From positions 14,454 through 78,453 of the forward strand of contig DATNGZ010000017.1 of NCBI GenBank assembly GCA_035605695.1: a DNA stretch of 64,000 bases, read 5' to 3'. Shown piece by piece: positions 16,098-25,284 of the stretch (position 1 is the first letter of the stretch; each line of letters opens with the position of its first letter). The translations under genes were made by a program, and so were the position numbers. The notes under the pieces are model-generated. The model saw only the letters and a list, made by a program, of their open reading frames with translations, was not told the origin of the DNA and ran no database searches. Source of the DNA: Solirubrobacterales bacterium (lineage in GTDB: Bacteria > Actinomycetota > Thermoleophilia > Solirubrobacterales > 70-9).

Positions 16098-17894
16098 ATG
16101 AGCAGACCGCAGGACAGCCGCCTGCCCTACCTGCCTGGCATCGACGCGATGCGCGCGATCGCCGTGCTCGCGGTCTTTCTCTATCACGCCGGCGTCGGCT
16201 GGATGCCGGGGGGATTCCTCGGCGTCGACGTCTTCTTCACGATCAGCGGCTACCTGATCACCTCGCTGCTGCTCAGCGAGTATCGGCGCGGCGGTCATAT
16301 CCGGCTCGGCCAGTTCTGGCTGCGCCGGGCGCGGCGGCTGCTGCCCGCGGTCGGCGTGATGATCGCGGTGACGATGATCCTCGCGGCGATCGTCGAGCCC
16401 GAGCGGATAACGGCGCTGCGCGGCGATGCGATTTCCTCGCTCACCTACGTCGCCAACTGGCACTTCGCGCTCGGGCACCAGTCTTACTTCGACCAGTTCC
16501 AGCGGCCGTCGTTGTTCCGCCATCTCTGGTCACTCTCGGTCGAGGAGCAGTTCTATCTTTTCTGGCCGCTCGCCTTCGCCGGCGGGATGTCATTGCTGGG
16601 ACGCAAGCGGCTGCTGCTTGGCGTACTCGCCGGGGCACTCGCCTCGCTGGCGCTGATGTGGATCCTCTTCGACCCCACCGACAGCGCCCGCGCCTATTAC
16701 GGCACCGACACGCACGCGGTCGGTCTGTTGGTCGGTGTGGCGCTGGCGCTGGTTTGGAGCCCGCTACAGCTGCGGAACGCCAAATCGGGTCGCTGGTGCG
16801 GGCCGGCGCTCGACGCCGTCGGCGTCGTCGCGCTCGGCTACCTCGTTCTCAGCTTTCTCCAGGTCCATGACTACGACCTCGCCCTCTTCCACGGCGGCTA
16901 TCTGTGGCTGGCGCTCGCCAGCGCGGCCGTGCTCGCCGTGATCGCGCACCCGGCGGCGCGGCTGGGCGGGCTGCTGGCGCGACCGCCGCTGATCTGGCTT
17001 GGCCTGCGCAGCTACAGCTTCTACCTCTGGCACTGGCCGGTGCTGGCGCTGACCCGTCCCGGCCTCGACGTCTCGCTGCCACGCGGAATTCTGATTCCGC
17101 TGCAACTGCTCGTCGTATTGGCCCTAGCCGACCTCTCTTACCGCTTCGTCGAGCTGCCCTTCCGCGGCAAGCGCAAGCTGCCAGCCCTCCCCGAGGGATG
17201 GCTGCGCGTGGCGCGCCCGGCGCTCGCCTTCGCCGTCGTCGCGATCGTCGTCCTCGTCGGCTGGAGCGGGATCGTCTCCACAGGCAACCGCCACCTCGAG
17301 CCGGGCATCGCCGTCGCCTCAACCGCCGAATTCGCCAAGGTGACCGTCAAGCCGGCGTCAAGCCGTAACGCATTGAGTGCCTCGGGACGCCACAAAACGT
17401 TGCACCAGGGAGGAGGGAAACCGCCGCGGATCGTTGCCTTCGGCGACTCGGTGATGATCGGGGCCAAGGACAAGCTGGCGGCGCGCTTCGGCCCGCGCTT
17501 CTCGATGAACGCCAAGGTCGGCCGCCAGGCAGACGAATTCGTCGACCTCGCCCAGCGGCTGAAGCGCCGCGGCGGCCACATCAATGCCCTGGTCATCCAG
17601 ATGGGCGACAACGGTCCCCTCTACGGCGATGAAATGGAGGACCTGCGAAAGGCGACCTCAAACGTCGGCGAGCTCTTCCTGATCAACGACCACGCCCCGG
17701 TCTCCTGGCAGGATGAGTCCAACCACGCCCTCGCCGAAGCCGACGCGACCTGGCCCCACACAAACCTGATCGACTGGGCATCGGTGGCGGCGGACCACGA
17801 AAACCTGCTCTGGGACGGCATCCACCTCACCCCGGGCGGCGCAGGCGTCTACACGAGGCTAATCGCGCATTCGGTTCGCTCAGCAACCGACTGA
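16098..17894 (+). CDS. Acyltransferase-3 family membrane protein fused to an SGNH-hydrolase-like domain (OafA/YrhL-type O-acetyltransferase)
   Basis: The N-terminus carries LPGIDAMRAIAVLAVFLYHAG and about 10 TM segments. The C-terminal domain has VAFGDSVMIG (GDS motif) and DGIHLTPGG (DxxH). Confidence 0.85.
   Translation: MSRPQDSRLPYLPGIDAMRAIAVLAVFLYHAGVGWMPGGFLGVDVFFTISGYLITSLLLSEYRRGGHIRLGQFWLRRARRLLPAVGVMIAVTMILAAIVEPERITALRGDAISSLTYVANWHFALGHQSYFDQFQRPSLFRHLWSLSVEEQFYLFWPLAFAGGMSLLGRKRLLLGVLAGALASLALMWILFDPTDSARAYYGTDTHAVGLLVGVALALVWSPLQLRNAKSGRWCGPALDAVGVVALGYLVLSFLQVHDYDLALFHGGYLWLALASAAVLAVIAHPAARLGGLLARPPLIWLGLRSYSFYLWHWPVLALTRPGLDVSLPRGILIPLQLLVVLALADLSYRFVELPFRGKRKLPALPEGWLRVARPALAFAVVAIVVLVGWSGIVSTGNRHLEPGIAVASTAEFAKVTVKPASSRNALSASGRHKTLHQGGGKPPRIVAFGDSVMIGAKDKLAARFGPRFSMNAKVGRQADEFVDLAQRLKRRGGHINALVIQMGDNGPLYGDEMEDLRKATSNVGELFLINDHAPVSWQDESNHALAEADATWPHTNLIDWASVAADHENLLWDGIHLTPGGAGVYTRLIAHSVRSATD
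17365..17406. repeat. Copy 3 of the ACAAAACGTTGCACC-bearing element, embedded in frame in the acyltransferase inter-domain linker
   Basis: GTAACGCATTGAGTGCCTCGGGACGCCACAAAACGTTGCACC matches GTAACGCAT...ACAAAACGTTGCACC at 19297..19338. Confidence 0.4.
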
Positions 17895-17910
17895 GAGCTC
17901 GCGCCCAAAG

Positions 17911-17984
17911 AGAGCCGGATGCCCCCTCCCAAAACACTCAAGAGCGGCTCCTGCCGCTCGTTTTGGGAGGGGGCATCCGGCTCT
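17911..17984. repeat. Family-A nested-palindrome element, copy 2 (between the convergent acyltransferase and obg)
   Basis: The sequence is AGAGCCGGATGCCCCCTCCCAAAAC-ACTCAA-GAGCGGC-TCCT-GCCGCTC-GTTTTGGGAGGGGGCATCCGGCTCT. The core matches copy 1 and the outer arms differ but remain complementary. Confidence 0.75.
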
Positions 17985-17985
17985 C

Positions 17986-19281
17986 TCATGGGTACAACTC
18001 GAACTCGTGCTCGCCCACCCGAACCTCGTTGCCGGCCTCGAAGCCGGCGGCGCGCAGGGCAGCGATAACGCCGATCTCGTTGAGGCGTTGCTCGAGATAA
18101 GCAAGGGCTTCTTCATTCTTGACGTCATGGCGCTCGAAGAGCAGCTCTACGCCGCGTCCGGTGACGCGATACGCACCGTCGTCCTCGCGCTCGACTGAAT
18201 AGCCGCCCTCCCCGGCGGGCCTGTAGACGCGGTGCTCGACCTCGAATTCGGCGGAGGGCTGCGGGCCCGTCTCGGGCCGAGCTATACCGGGAAGTTCCGG
18301 CAGGGCGGATAGGATCCGTTCGCGCAGCTCCTCCAAGCCCTCGCCGGTCGCAGAGGATGCGGAGAGCACCCCAAGGCCATCGTCGCTGAGGCGCTCTCGC
18401 CACTCGGCGAGTGCGGCCTCGACGTCGTCGGGCGGGAGCAGGTCGCGCTTCGAGAGCAGCACCAACTCCGGCAGTGAGTTAAGCCCGGCCCCGTAGGACA
18501 AGAGCTCCTCACGTACAGCCTCGTAGTTCGCCACCGACTCGCCTTCCAGCGGCGCCAGCTCAACCAGGTGAACCAACATTGCGCAACGCTCGACGTGGGC
18601 GAGAAACTCGTGCCCAAGGCCAGCGCCGTCGGCCGCGCCTTCGATCAGTCCTGGGATGTCAGCGACGATCGCCTGCCGATCCTCGCCTTCGATCGTCCCC
18701 AGCACCGGCGAAAGCGTCGTAAACGGATAGTCAGCCACCTTCGGCGCCGCGCGCGTCAGCCTCCCCAGCAACGACGACTTCCCCGCGTTGGGCAGCCCGA
18801 TCAGCCCAACGTCAGCGAGCAGCTTCAGTCGCAGTTCAATCCATCCGTCCTCACCGCTGGTCCCGTTCTCAGCAAATCGAGGCGCCTGCCGAGTCGAGGT
18901 CGCAAACCGCTTGTTCCCATGCCCCCCACGCCCACCATGAGCAACCACGGCCCGCTGCCCAACCTCAACCAGATCAACCTGGCTCCCATCAACAGCTTCA
19001 GCCTGAGTCCCTGCAGGAACCAAGATCTCCCGCTCGTCCCCCCTGCCGCCCTGCCGGTTGGACCCTTCGCCATGCTTCCCGCGTCCACCCCGAAAGTGCT
19101 TGCTCCCCTTCAAAGCCCCCAAATCTCGCTTCGAAGCGTCGCAAACAAGCACGACATCGCCACCGTGGCCGCCGTCCCCGCCATCGGGACCACCCCTCGG
19201 CACATGAGCCTCGCGCCGGAAGCTGATGCAACCGTTCCCGCCGGCCCCACCCTCAACCCAGATCTTCGCCTTGTCGTACAT
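17986..19281 (-). CDS. obg: GTPase Obg/CgtA
   Basis: Contains the MYDKAKIWVEGGAGGNGCISFRREAHVPRGGPDGGDGGHGGDV Obg fold, the G motifs GLPNAGKSSL, DIPGLIEGA and SKRD, and a C-terminal OCT-like domain. Confidence 0.95.
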   Translation of the reverse strand: MYDKAKIWVEGGAGGNGCISFRREAHVPRGGPDGGDGGHGGDVVLVCDASKRDLGALKGSKHFRGGRGKHGEGSNRQGGRGDEREILVPAGTQAEAVDGSQVDLVEVGQRAVVAHGGRGGHGNKRFATSTRQAPRFAENGTSGEDGWIELRLKLLADVGLIGLPNAGKSSLLGRLTRAAPKVADYPFTTLSPVLGTIEGEDRQAIVADIPGLIEGAADGAGLGHEFLAHVERCAMLVHLVELAPLEGESVANYEAVREELLSYGAGLNSLPELVLLSKRDLLPPDDVEAALAEWRERLSDDGLGVLSASSATGEGLEELRERILSALPELPGIARPETGPQPSAEFEVEHRVYRPAGEGGYSVEREDDGAYRVTGRGVELLFERHDVKNEEALAYLEQRLNEIGVIAALRAAGFEAGNEVRVGEHEFELYP

Positions 19282-19291
19282 GAGCTAGAGA

Positions 19292-19340
19292 GAGGTGTAA
19301 CGCATAGCGGCTCCCATAGGACAACAAAACGTTGCACCTC
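19292..19340. repeat. Hairpin element carrying the 15-mer ACAAAACGTTGCACC, 11 nt upstream of the obg start
   Basis: The arms GAGGTGTAACG (19292..19302) and CGTTGCACCTC (19330..19340) form an 11-bp stem with one T:G pair. The element is related to 41089..41129 and 17365..17406. Confidence 0.5.
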
Positions 19341-19370
19341 AGCTGAGACGGACGCTAGGAGCCCGTGAAG

Positions 19371-19484
19371 AGCGCCGGGCACCGCTCCTGGGGCGCGGCG
19401 GTCTCTTTTTCGCACAGACCGCTCAGCAAGAGAAGGGACGCGCCCGGCGAAAAAGGCAGCGCCCCAGGAGCGGTGCCCGGCGCT
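19371..19484. repeat. 114-nt nested palindrome with a 26-bp perfect GC-rich stem (rpmA-obg intergenic)
   Basis: AGCGCCGGGCACCGCTCCTGGGGCGC (19371..19396) is the exact reverse complement of 19459..19484. The inner inverted repeat is CTTTTTCGC/GCGAAAAAG. Confidence 0.7.
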
Positions 19485-19498
19485 CCCCCCGCTGGTCC

Positions 19499-19753
19499 TT
19501 AAGAGTCCTGAAGAACGGAAATCGTCCGACCCTTGCGGGCCGATTTGAACTCGACGACCCCAGCGCGCTTGGCAAAGATCGTGTGATCCCGGCCAAGTCC
19601 CGTTCCATCCCCAGGCCAGAACCGAGTCCCCCGCTGGCGCACGATGATCTCGCCGCCAGAGACCTTCTGACCCGCGAAGACCTTGACCCCAAGCATGTTG
19701 GGGTTGGATTCGCGTCCGTTGCGGCTTGAGCCGAGTCCCTTCTTATGAGCCAT
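19499..19753 (-). CDS. rpmA: 50S ribosomal protein L27
   Basis: [29 protein letters not shown]... 84 aa. Confidence 0.95.
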   Translation of the reverse strand: MAHKKGLGSSRNGRESNPNMLGVKVFAGQKVSGGEIIVRQRGTRFWPGDGTGLGRDHTIFAKRAGVVEFKSARKGRTISVLQDS

Positions 19754-20315
19754 CGTCAGAATCCTTTTTAGCAGCCGGTTTTTTGGCGGCTGGTTTTTTG
19801 GCTTTGGCCGCAGGTTTTTTCTCGGCGGCTTTTTTCGCGGGAGCTTTTTTAGCAGCCGGTTTTTTCTCGGCTTCTTTTTTAGCCGCTGGTTTTTTCGCGG
19901 CGGCGGGTTTTTTCGCCGGCTCTTTTTTCTCAGTAGCCGGTTTCTCAGCAGCGGGTTTTTTCTCCGCCGGCTCCTCTTTTTTAGCCGCCGGCGGTTTCCG
20001 CGTCAGCAGTTTGACCTCGGTCACCTCGAGCTTGGTCAGCTCGGAGCGGTGGCCGGCGCGGCGGCGGTAGCCCTTCTTCGGCTTGTATTTGAAGACCTTG
20101 ATCTTCTCGCCGCGCAGGTGCTCGGTCACGGTCGCCTCGACCTTGACCTTCTCCAGCTCTTTGGCCTCCGCAAGGACCTCTGTATCGCGGAACATCACCG
20201 GGCGCAGGGCGACTTTGTCGCCCTCTTTCGCGCTCAGGCGATCGACGAGCAGGGACGTGCCCTTCTCGACCTTGTACTGCTTTCCACCGCTCTCTATGAC
20301 TGCGTACGTGTTCAT
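19743..20315 (-). CDS. rplU: 50S ribosomal protein L21 with a ~90-aa Lys/Ala/Pro/Glu-rich C-terminal extension
   Basis: [19 protein letters not shown]...[28 protein letters not shown] is the L21 core. It is followed by a [20 protein letters not shown]... repeat tail. There is an 11-nt overlap with rpmA. Confidence 0.9.
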   Translation of the reverse strand: MNTYAVIESGGKQYKVEKGTSLLVDRLSAKEGDKVALRPVMFRDTEVLAEAKELEKVKVEATVTEHLRGEKIKVFKYKPKKGYRRRAGHRSELTKLEVTEVKLLTRKPPAAKKEEPAEKKPAAEKPATEKKEPAKKPAAAKKPAAKKEAEKKPAAKKAPAKKAAEKKPAAKAKKPAAKKPAAKKDSDDGS

Positions 20316-22162
20316 TCGTCCTTGCCGCTCTGAGTGGAGCGCGACCGACCGCGACCGCCCCTGCGGCCGCGACGGCTACTGCGCGAGGGCGAGGATTCTA
20401 GCTGGGAGCCGTTCTCCTCGCCGCCTGCGGCACCGTTGGTCGCCTCGACCCCCGGCAGCGAGGCCACCGCGGCGGCCCGCTCGACCCGCTCGATCCGCAC
20501 CAGTTTGCGCTCGCCGACGAAGCGACCGCCGCCCGTGACGCTGACGATGTAGGAGTCGACGCGGGCGATGGCGTCGTCGGCGTTGTACATGTGCGGCTCG
20601 TCGATTTTGACCAGCACCTCCTCGCCGACCTTGAAGGGCAGCGCCCGCTCCTCGATCTCGGCCCGGCTGCCGGCCTCGATCAGGTCGAAGGTCGCGATCG
20701 GCAGCGCGTCGCCGCCTTCGAAATGGAACTGCTTGCCGGTCTCGGCCTCGAGCTCAGTCAGGCCGCTATCGGGATCGATCAGCTCCGCCGCGACCTTTGG
20801 GTGGACCCGGATCAGCAGCGCCTCGGCGTCCTTGGCGCCGGTGGCGATATCGGGCAGGCGACGCATCGCATCAAGCGCCACCGTCTCGGCCGAGAGCACG
20901 ACGCCTTCGCCCTCGCAGGTGGGGCAGGGAGCGGTGAGGATCTCGCGCACGCCGTCGGTGACGTTCTGGCGGGTCATCTCGACCAGGCCGAGCGGCGAGA
21001 CCTCGACCACGTAGCTCTTCGACTTATCGGTGTCGAGCGCTTTGCGCAGCGTTTTCAGCACTTTGTCGCGATTGCGGGCGCGGGCCATATCGATGAAGTC
21101 GATGACGATGATGCCGCCGATGTCACGCAGCCGCAGCTGCCGCACGGCCTCATCGGCCGCCTCGGTGTTGACCCGGGTGATCGTCTCCTCGAGCCCACCT
21201 TTACCGCGGCCGGTGAAGCTGCCGCTGTTGACGTCGATCACGGTCAGCGCCTCGGTGTAGTCGATGATCAGGTAGCCGCCCGAGGACAGGTCGACGCGGC
21301 GGCCCAGGGTCGACTGGATTTCCACGTCGATCCCCCAGCGTTCGAACAGCGGCGTCTTGCCCTCGTAGAGCTCGACCCCGTCAACCAGCTCCGGCGCGGT
21401 GCGCTGGAAGAAGCTGGTCACCCGTTCGTACTGCTTCGGCGAGTCGATGACCGCCTTCTCGAAGTCACTGAGGAAGACGTCGCGCAGGACCCGCACAGGC
21501 AGGTCGGCCTCTTGGAAGACGAGGTCCGGCGCCTTGGTCACCTCGGTGCGACGCTCGAGCACCTCGTTGAGCTTGTGCAGGTAGCCAATCTCACGCACGA
21601 AGTCGGCCTTTTTCGCCCCGTGGGCGGCGGTGCGGACGATCAGCCCGCCCGGGCCTTTGTAGGTTCGGTCGACCATCTTGCGCAGGCGGTCGCGCTCGGA
21701 GTCCGAGAGACGCCGGCTGACGCCGACGCCGCTGCCCTGCGCCGCGTAGACCAGGTAGCGGCCGGCGATCGAGGTGTTCATCGAGAGCCGCGCGCCCTTG
21801 GTCTTGAGCGGGTCCTTGACAACCTGGACGAGGATCTCCTGGCCGGGCTTGATCAGCTCGTCGATACGGCGGCCTTTGCCGGTGCCGCGGCCACGCTTCG
21901 GCGCCTGTTCGCCGTTGGGCAGGACGATCTCATCGACGTGCAGGAAGCCGTTGCGCTCAAGGCCGATGTCGACGAAGGCGGCCTCCATGCCGGGCAGAAC
22001 GTTGTCGACCTTGCCCTTGTAGATGTTGCCGACGATCGAGCGCCGGCCGCGTCGCTCGATGTAGAGCTCCGCTACGTCGCGATTGCCGCCTTTTGTTTTC
22101 GACTCGAGGACGGCCACGCGGGTCTCGCCACGATCGGCGGAGACCAAAATTGTCTTTTTCAT
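20312..22162 (-). CDS. rne: Ribonuclease E/G family endoribonuclease
   Basis: Contains an S1 domain (GNIYKGKVDNVLPGMEAAFVDIG), the catalytic region (IIDYTEALTVIDVNSG, DIGGIIVIDFIDM), the Zn-link CPTCEG, a TRAM-like C-terminal segment and an Arg-rich tail. The rne-rplU-rpmA-obg gene order is conserved. Confidence 0.9.
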   Translation of the reverse strand: MKKTILVSADRGETRVAVLESKTKGGNRDVAELYIERRGRRSIVGNIYKGKVDNVLPGMEAAFVDIGLERNGFLHVDEIVLPNGEQAPKRGRGTGKGRRIDELIKPGQEILVQVVKDPLKTKGARLSMNTSIAGRYLVYAAQGSGVGVSRRLSDSERDRLRKMVDRTYKGPGGLIVRTAAHGAKKADFVREIGYLHKLNEVLERRTEVTKAPDLVFQEADLPVRVLRDVFLSDFEKAVIDSPKQYERVTSFFQRTAPELVDGVELYEGKTPLFERWGIDVEIQSTLGRRVDLSSGGYLIIDYTEALTVIDVNSGSFTGRGKGGLEETITRVNTEAADEAVRQLRLRDIGGIIVIDFIDMARARNRDKVLKTLRKALDTDKSKSYVVEVSPLGLVEMTRQNVTDGVREILTAPCPTCEGEGVVLSAETVALDAMRRLPDIATGAKDAEALLIRVHPKVAAELIDPDSGLTELEAETGKQFHFEGGDALPIATFDLIEAGSRAEIEERALPFKVGEEVLVKIDEPHMYNADDAIARVDSYIVSVTGGGRFVGERKLVRIERVERAAAVASLPGVEATNGAAGGEENGSQLESSPSRSSRRGRRGGRGRSRSTQSGKDE

Positions 22163-22213
22163 TGATTTAGCTCAGTTCAGAGTAGGTACGCACGTCTGGC
22201 CCCCTTCTAGGGG

Positions 22214-23410
22214 TCACCAGGCGAACCTGCCTTTCTGGCTGAGTCGCGCTTGCATGTGAATGCTCTGAAGGACGCCGAGGGCGAGGAAGGTCGCCAGTAC
22301 AGACGACCCCCCATAGCTCATCAGCGGCAGGGGTATCCCGGTGATCGGCATGATCCCGAGGTTCATCCCCACGTTTACGAAGACCTGGAAGAGCAGCATG
22401 GCGGCGATGCCACCTGCCACCAGGGTCCCGTAAGAGTTCTTCGAGAGAGTCACAATCCGCAGCGCCCGCCAGATCAGCAGGGCGTATAGGGATAGGACCA
22501 ACGCGGCGCCGACAAATCCATAGCGCTCACCGATCACCGCAAAGATGAAGTCGGTGTGCCGCTCAGGGACAAAGTCGAGCCGCGTTTGGGTGGCCCGATC
22601 GCCTCGGCCGGTCTTCTGACCGGAACCGATCGCGATCTTGGCCTGATTCTGCTGGTAGCCCGCGTCGCTTGGGTCAGCGCTGGGATTCAGGAAAGAGGTG
22701 AGTCTCTCTGCCTGATAGCCCTTGAGGATCGGCGTCCCAACTGCGGGCGCCGCCACGAGGACGATCGCTGTCAATGCCACGAGGGCCGCGCCGATCACCG
22801 CGAAGTGCGTCCCACGGACGCCCCCCACGTACATCACGGCGAGGGTGATTGCCCCGAACACCAAAGCGGTGCCGAGGTCCGGCTGCAGGAATACGAGCGC
22901 AGCCGGTGCCAGGCCGAGGCAGAGGTAGCGCACCGTGCGCTGCCTCTCCGAACCGCTCCTGGCGCCATCGATGACGAACCCGGCTAGAGCAAGCACTAGC
23001 AAGAGCTTGCCGAGCTCAGATGGCTGAAAACTGAAAAAAGGAAGTTCAAAAGAGCGCCGTGAGCCGCGCGCCGCGAATCCGAAGACGAAGACGAGCGAGA
23101 TGCTGACGCAGAGGAAAGTATAGATGCCGACCCGCAGCTCGCGGAAGCGCGAGTAGTCGATGCGGGTGAGGAGGTACATGCCGACGATGCCGAGGCCAGC
23201 GTAGATGCCCTGGCGGTCGGCGAAGTAATAGGGGTCGCCGGGCACGTCGTGCAGCGTCGCCTGGCTCAGGGTGAAGACGCTGAAGACGGCGAGGGCGATG
23301 CCGGAGAGCGCCAGGGCGCCGTCCATGTAGGGCAGGCCGAGGCGCTCGGCGATGCCGGGATGAACCGCGAAGGGCTCGGGACGGCCCTGGCGGGCGCGGG
23401 TCGCGTACAT
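22214..23410 (-). CDS. rodA: Rod shape-determining protein RodA (SEDS family peptidoglycan polymerase)
   Basis: 398-aa polytopic protein with FQPSELGKLLLVLALA, PERHTDFIFAVIGE and GIPLPLMSYGGSS. Confidence 0.9.
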   Translation of the reverse strand: MYATRARQGRPEPFAVHPGIAERLGLPYMDGALALSGIALAVFSVFTLSQATLHDVPGDPYYFADRQGIYAGLGIVGMYLLTRIDYSRFRELRVGIYTFLCVSISLVFVFGFAARGSRRSFELPFFSFQPSELGKLLLVLALAGFVIDGARSGSERQRTVRYLCLGLAPAALVFLQPDLGTALVFGAITLAVMYVGGVRGTHFAVIGAALVALTAIVLVAAPAVGTPILKGYQAERLTSFLNPSADPSDAGYQQNQAKIAIGSGQKTGRGDRATQTRLDFVPERHTDFIFAVIGERYGFVGAALVLSLYALLIWRALRIVTLSKNSYGTLVAGGIAAMLLFQVFVNVGMNLGIMPITGIPLPLMSYGGSSVLATFLALGVLQSIHMQARLSQKGRFAW

Positions 23411-25275
23411 CAGCCTTTGCCTTCCGCAGAGTCCGCTTCCTTGGCGAGCCGGCCGGCGAAATACGCTTCGAGAATCTTCTTTGCCGCGGGCGCCGCCGCT
23501 TCAGCCCCGAAGCCACCTTCCTCCATCGTCACGAAGGTGACGATACGGGGATTCGGATAGGGAGCGAGGACGCCGTACCAAGACTGGTCCGCATGAGGCG
23601 GCCGCTGAGCAGTGCCGGTCTTGCCGGCAACTGGGATCGGGAAGTTGCCGAAGACGTCAAATGAGGTCCCGCCGCCATTCTGCGCGGCGTCGTGCAGGCC
23701 TTCCAGAATTGCGGCCCGGTACTCGGGGTCGATGCGAACGTGCCGGCGCGGCTTGGGGTCGAATTCCTTCAGCACCCGGCCGGCGGGGTCGTCGACCTCC
23801 TTGCCAACGTGCGGGGTGACGACGGTGCCGCCGTTGGCAAGCGTCGCGTAGGCGATCGCCATCTGCAGCGGGTTGGTCTGCAGATCGCCCTGCCCAGTGG
23901 CGAGCTGGACGTTGTCGCCGGCCGACCAGGGCCGATCGGTTTCGCCTTCCTTGTATAGCTGGTTGCGCCAGTGCTGCGAGGGCAGCAGGGTCTGGTCTTC
24001 GACCGGCAGGTCGATGCCGGTGGGCCGTCCGATGCCGAGCGCATGGGCCCAGTGCTGAAGCTCGCCGCTGTCCCACATGCGGTATCCGAGCGTGTAAAAG
24101 AAGACGTCGGAGGAGACTTCGAGCGCGGTGACGAGGCTGACCGCCCCATTGGCGGCTTCCCCCGCGTTTTTGAATTCCTGGCCGCCGATTTCCAGCACGC
24201 CGGGGTCGTCGATCACTTCGCCCAGTGACAGTTTGCCGCTTTCAAGGGCCGCAATCGCGGTTATGAGCTTGAAGGTGGAGCCTGTCGGGTAAAGGCCGGC
24301 GGTAGCCCGGTCGACCAGCGGCGCGGCCGGGTTGAGATAGGTTTCGTCGACCTGCTTCTGGGTCAGCGGCCGGGTGAAGAGGGCCGGTTCGAAGGTCGGA
24401 AACGAGCCGAGGCCGAGGATTTCGCCTGTGTGGACGTCCATCGCAATGAAGCCGCCGTACAGCCCCTGTTCCGCCATCGCTGCTTCGCCCGCCGCCTGCA
24501 CTTTTTCGTCGATCGAGAGCTTGAGGCTGTCGCCCGGCGCCGGTGGCTTGGCGATCAGGTGGCCGTTTGGGGTCGGCTCGCCGAAGGCGTCGACCTGGAC
24601 CTTGGTCAGGCCCGGCTGCCCCCGCAGGAAGCGATCGTAGGTGTCCTCGATCCCGCTTTGGCCAATCTCGTCGCCCGGCTGCAGGCCGCGAAAGCGCGAC
24701 TCCTTCAATTGTTCTTTTTCGATCTCCCCAACGGTGCCGAGGATGTGCGCCGCCAGGCTCCCCTTCGGGTAGTCGCGGACGAAGACCCGCTGGGTCTCGA
24801 CCCCGGGGAAGCGGTCCTGGTTCTCCTGCAGGTAGTAAACGAGGAAGTGGCCCACATCGCGTCGCAGTGTCACCGGCGCTGCCGGGGCCAGCTTCAGCTC
24901 TTCGTGCATAGTTTTTCGCACGCGGCGCAGGGTGCTGTGGGTGAGGCCGGCCAACTGCGACAGCTCGGCCCGGCGCTCGACCGGATCTTCGGGAAGTTTG
25001 CGCGGGTTGACCTGCAGCGCCAGGCTGGTGCGGTTGGCGACCAGGACCTTGCCGTTGCGGTCGAGGATCTCGCCACGCGGAGCACTGACGCGATAGGAGC
25101 GAGTGCGGTTGTTCTTCGCTTCGGCCAAGTACTTTTCGCCGTCGAGCACCTGCAGCAGCCAAAGGCGGAAGAAGAGAACCCCAAAGAGGACGACGGCGAC
25201 TCCACCGAAGAGGGCTATACGCAGGGCCAGTCGGTTAGTCATCGCGGGGCCGCGCTCGTCGGAACGAAGATACAT
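23410..25275 (-). CDS. mrdA: Penicillin-binding protein 2 (class B transpeptidase)
   Basis: Has an N-terminal TM segment and the motifs STFK, SSD (VSSDVFFY) and KTGTA. Confidence 0.9.
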   Translation of the reverse strand: MYLRSDERGPAMTNRLALRIALFGGVAVVLFGVLFFRLWLLQVLDGEKYLAEAKNNRTRSYRVSAPRGEILDRNGKVLVANRTSLALQVNPRKLPEDPVERRAELSQLAGLTHSTLRRVRKTMHEELKLAPAAPVTLRRDVGHFLVYYLQENQDRFPGVETQRVFVRDYPKGSLAAHILGTVGEIEKEQLKESRFRGLQPGDEIGQSGIEDTYDRFLRGQPGLTKVQVDAFGEPTPNGHLIAKPPAPGDSLKLSIDEKVQAAGEAAMAEQGLYGGFIAMDVHTGEILGLGSFPTFEPALFTRPLTQKQVDETYLNPAAPLVDRATAGLYPTGSTFKLITAIAALESGKLSLGEVIDDPGVLEIGGQEFKNAGEAANGAVSLVTALEVSSDVFFYTLGYRMWDSGELQHWAHALGIGRPTGIDLPVEDQTLLPSQHWRNQLYKEGETDRPWSAGDNVQLATGQGDLQTNPLQMAIAYATLANGGTVVTPHVGKEVDDPAGRVLKEFDPKPRRHVRIDPEYRAAILEGLHDAAQNGGGTSFDVFGNFPIPVAGKTGTAQRPPHADQSWYGVLAPYPNPRIVTFVTMEEGGFGAEAAAPAAKKILEAYFAGRLAKEADSAEGKG

Positions 25276-25284
25276 CGGCGCCGC

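Noticed and set aside
16056-16523. 155-aa minus-strand ORF at the 5' end of the acyltransferase gene
   Set aside because: It is antisense to the well-supported acyltransferase-3 N-terminus, and its product is Arg/Asp/Glu/Pro-rich with no features.
19775-19985. Twelve T6 runs that at first glance look like a cluster of terminator U-tracts or a simple-sequence repeat
   Set aside because: They are the reverse complement of in-frame AAA-AAA Lys codons in the rplU tail, and no preceding hairpins are present. They are reported instead as a coding-repeat observation.
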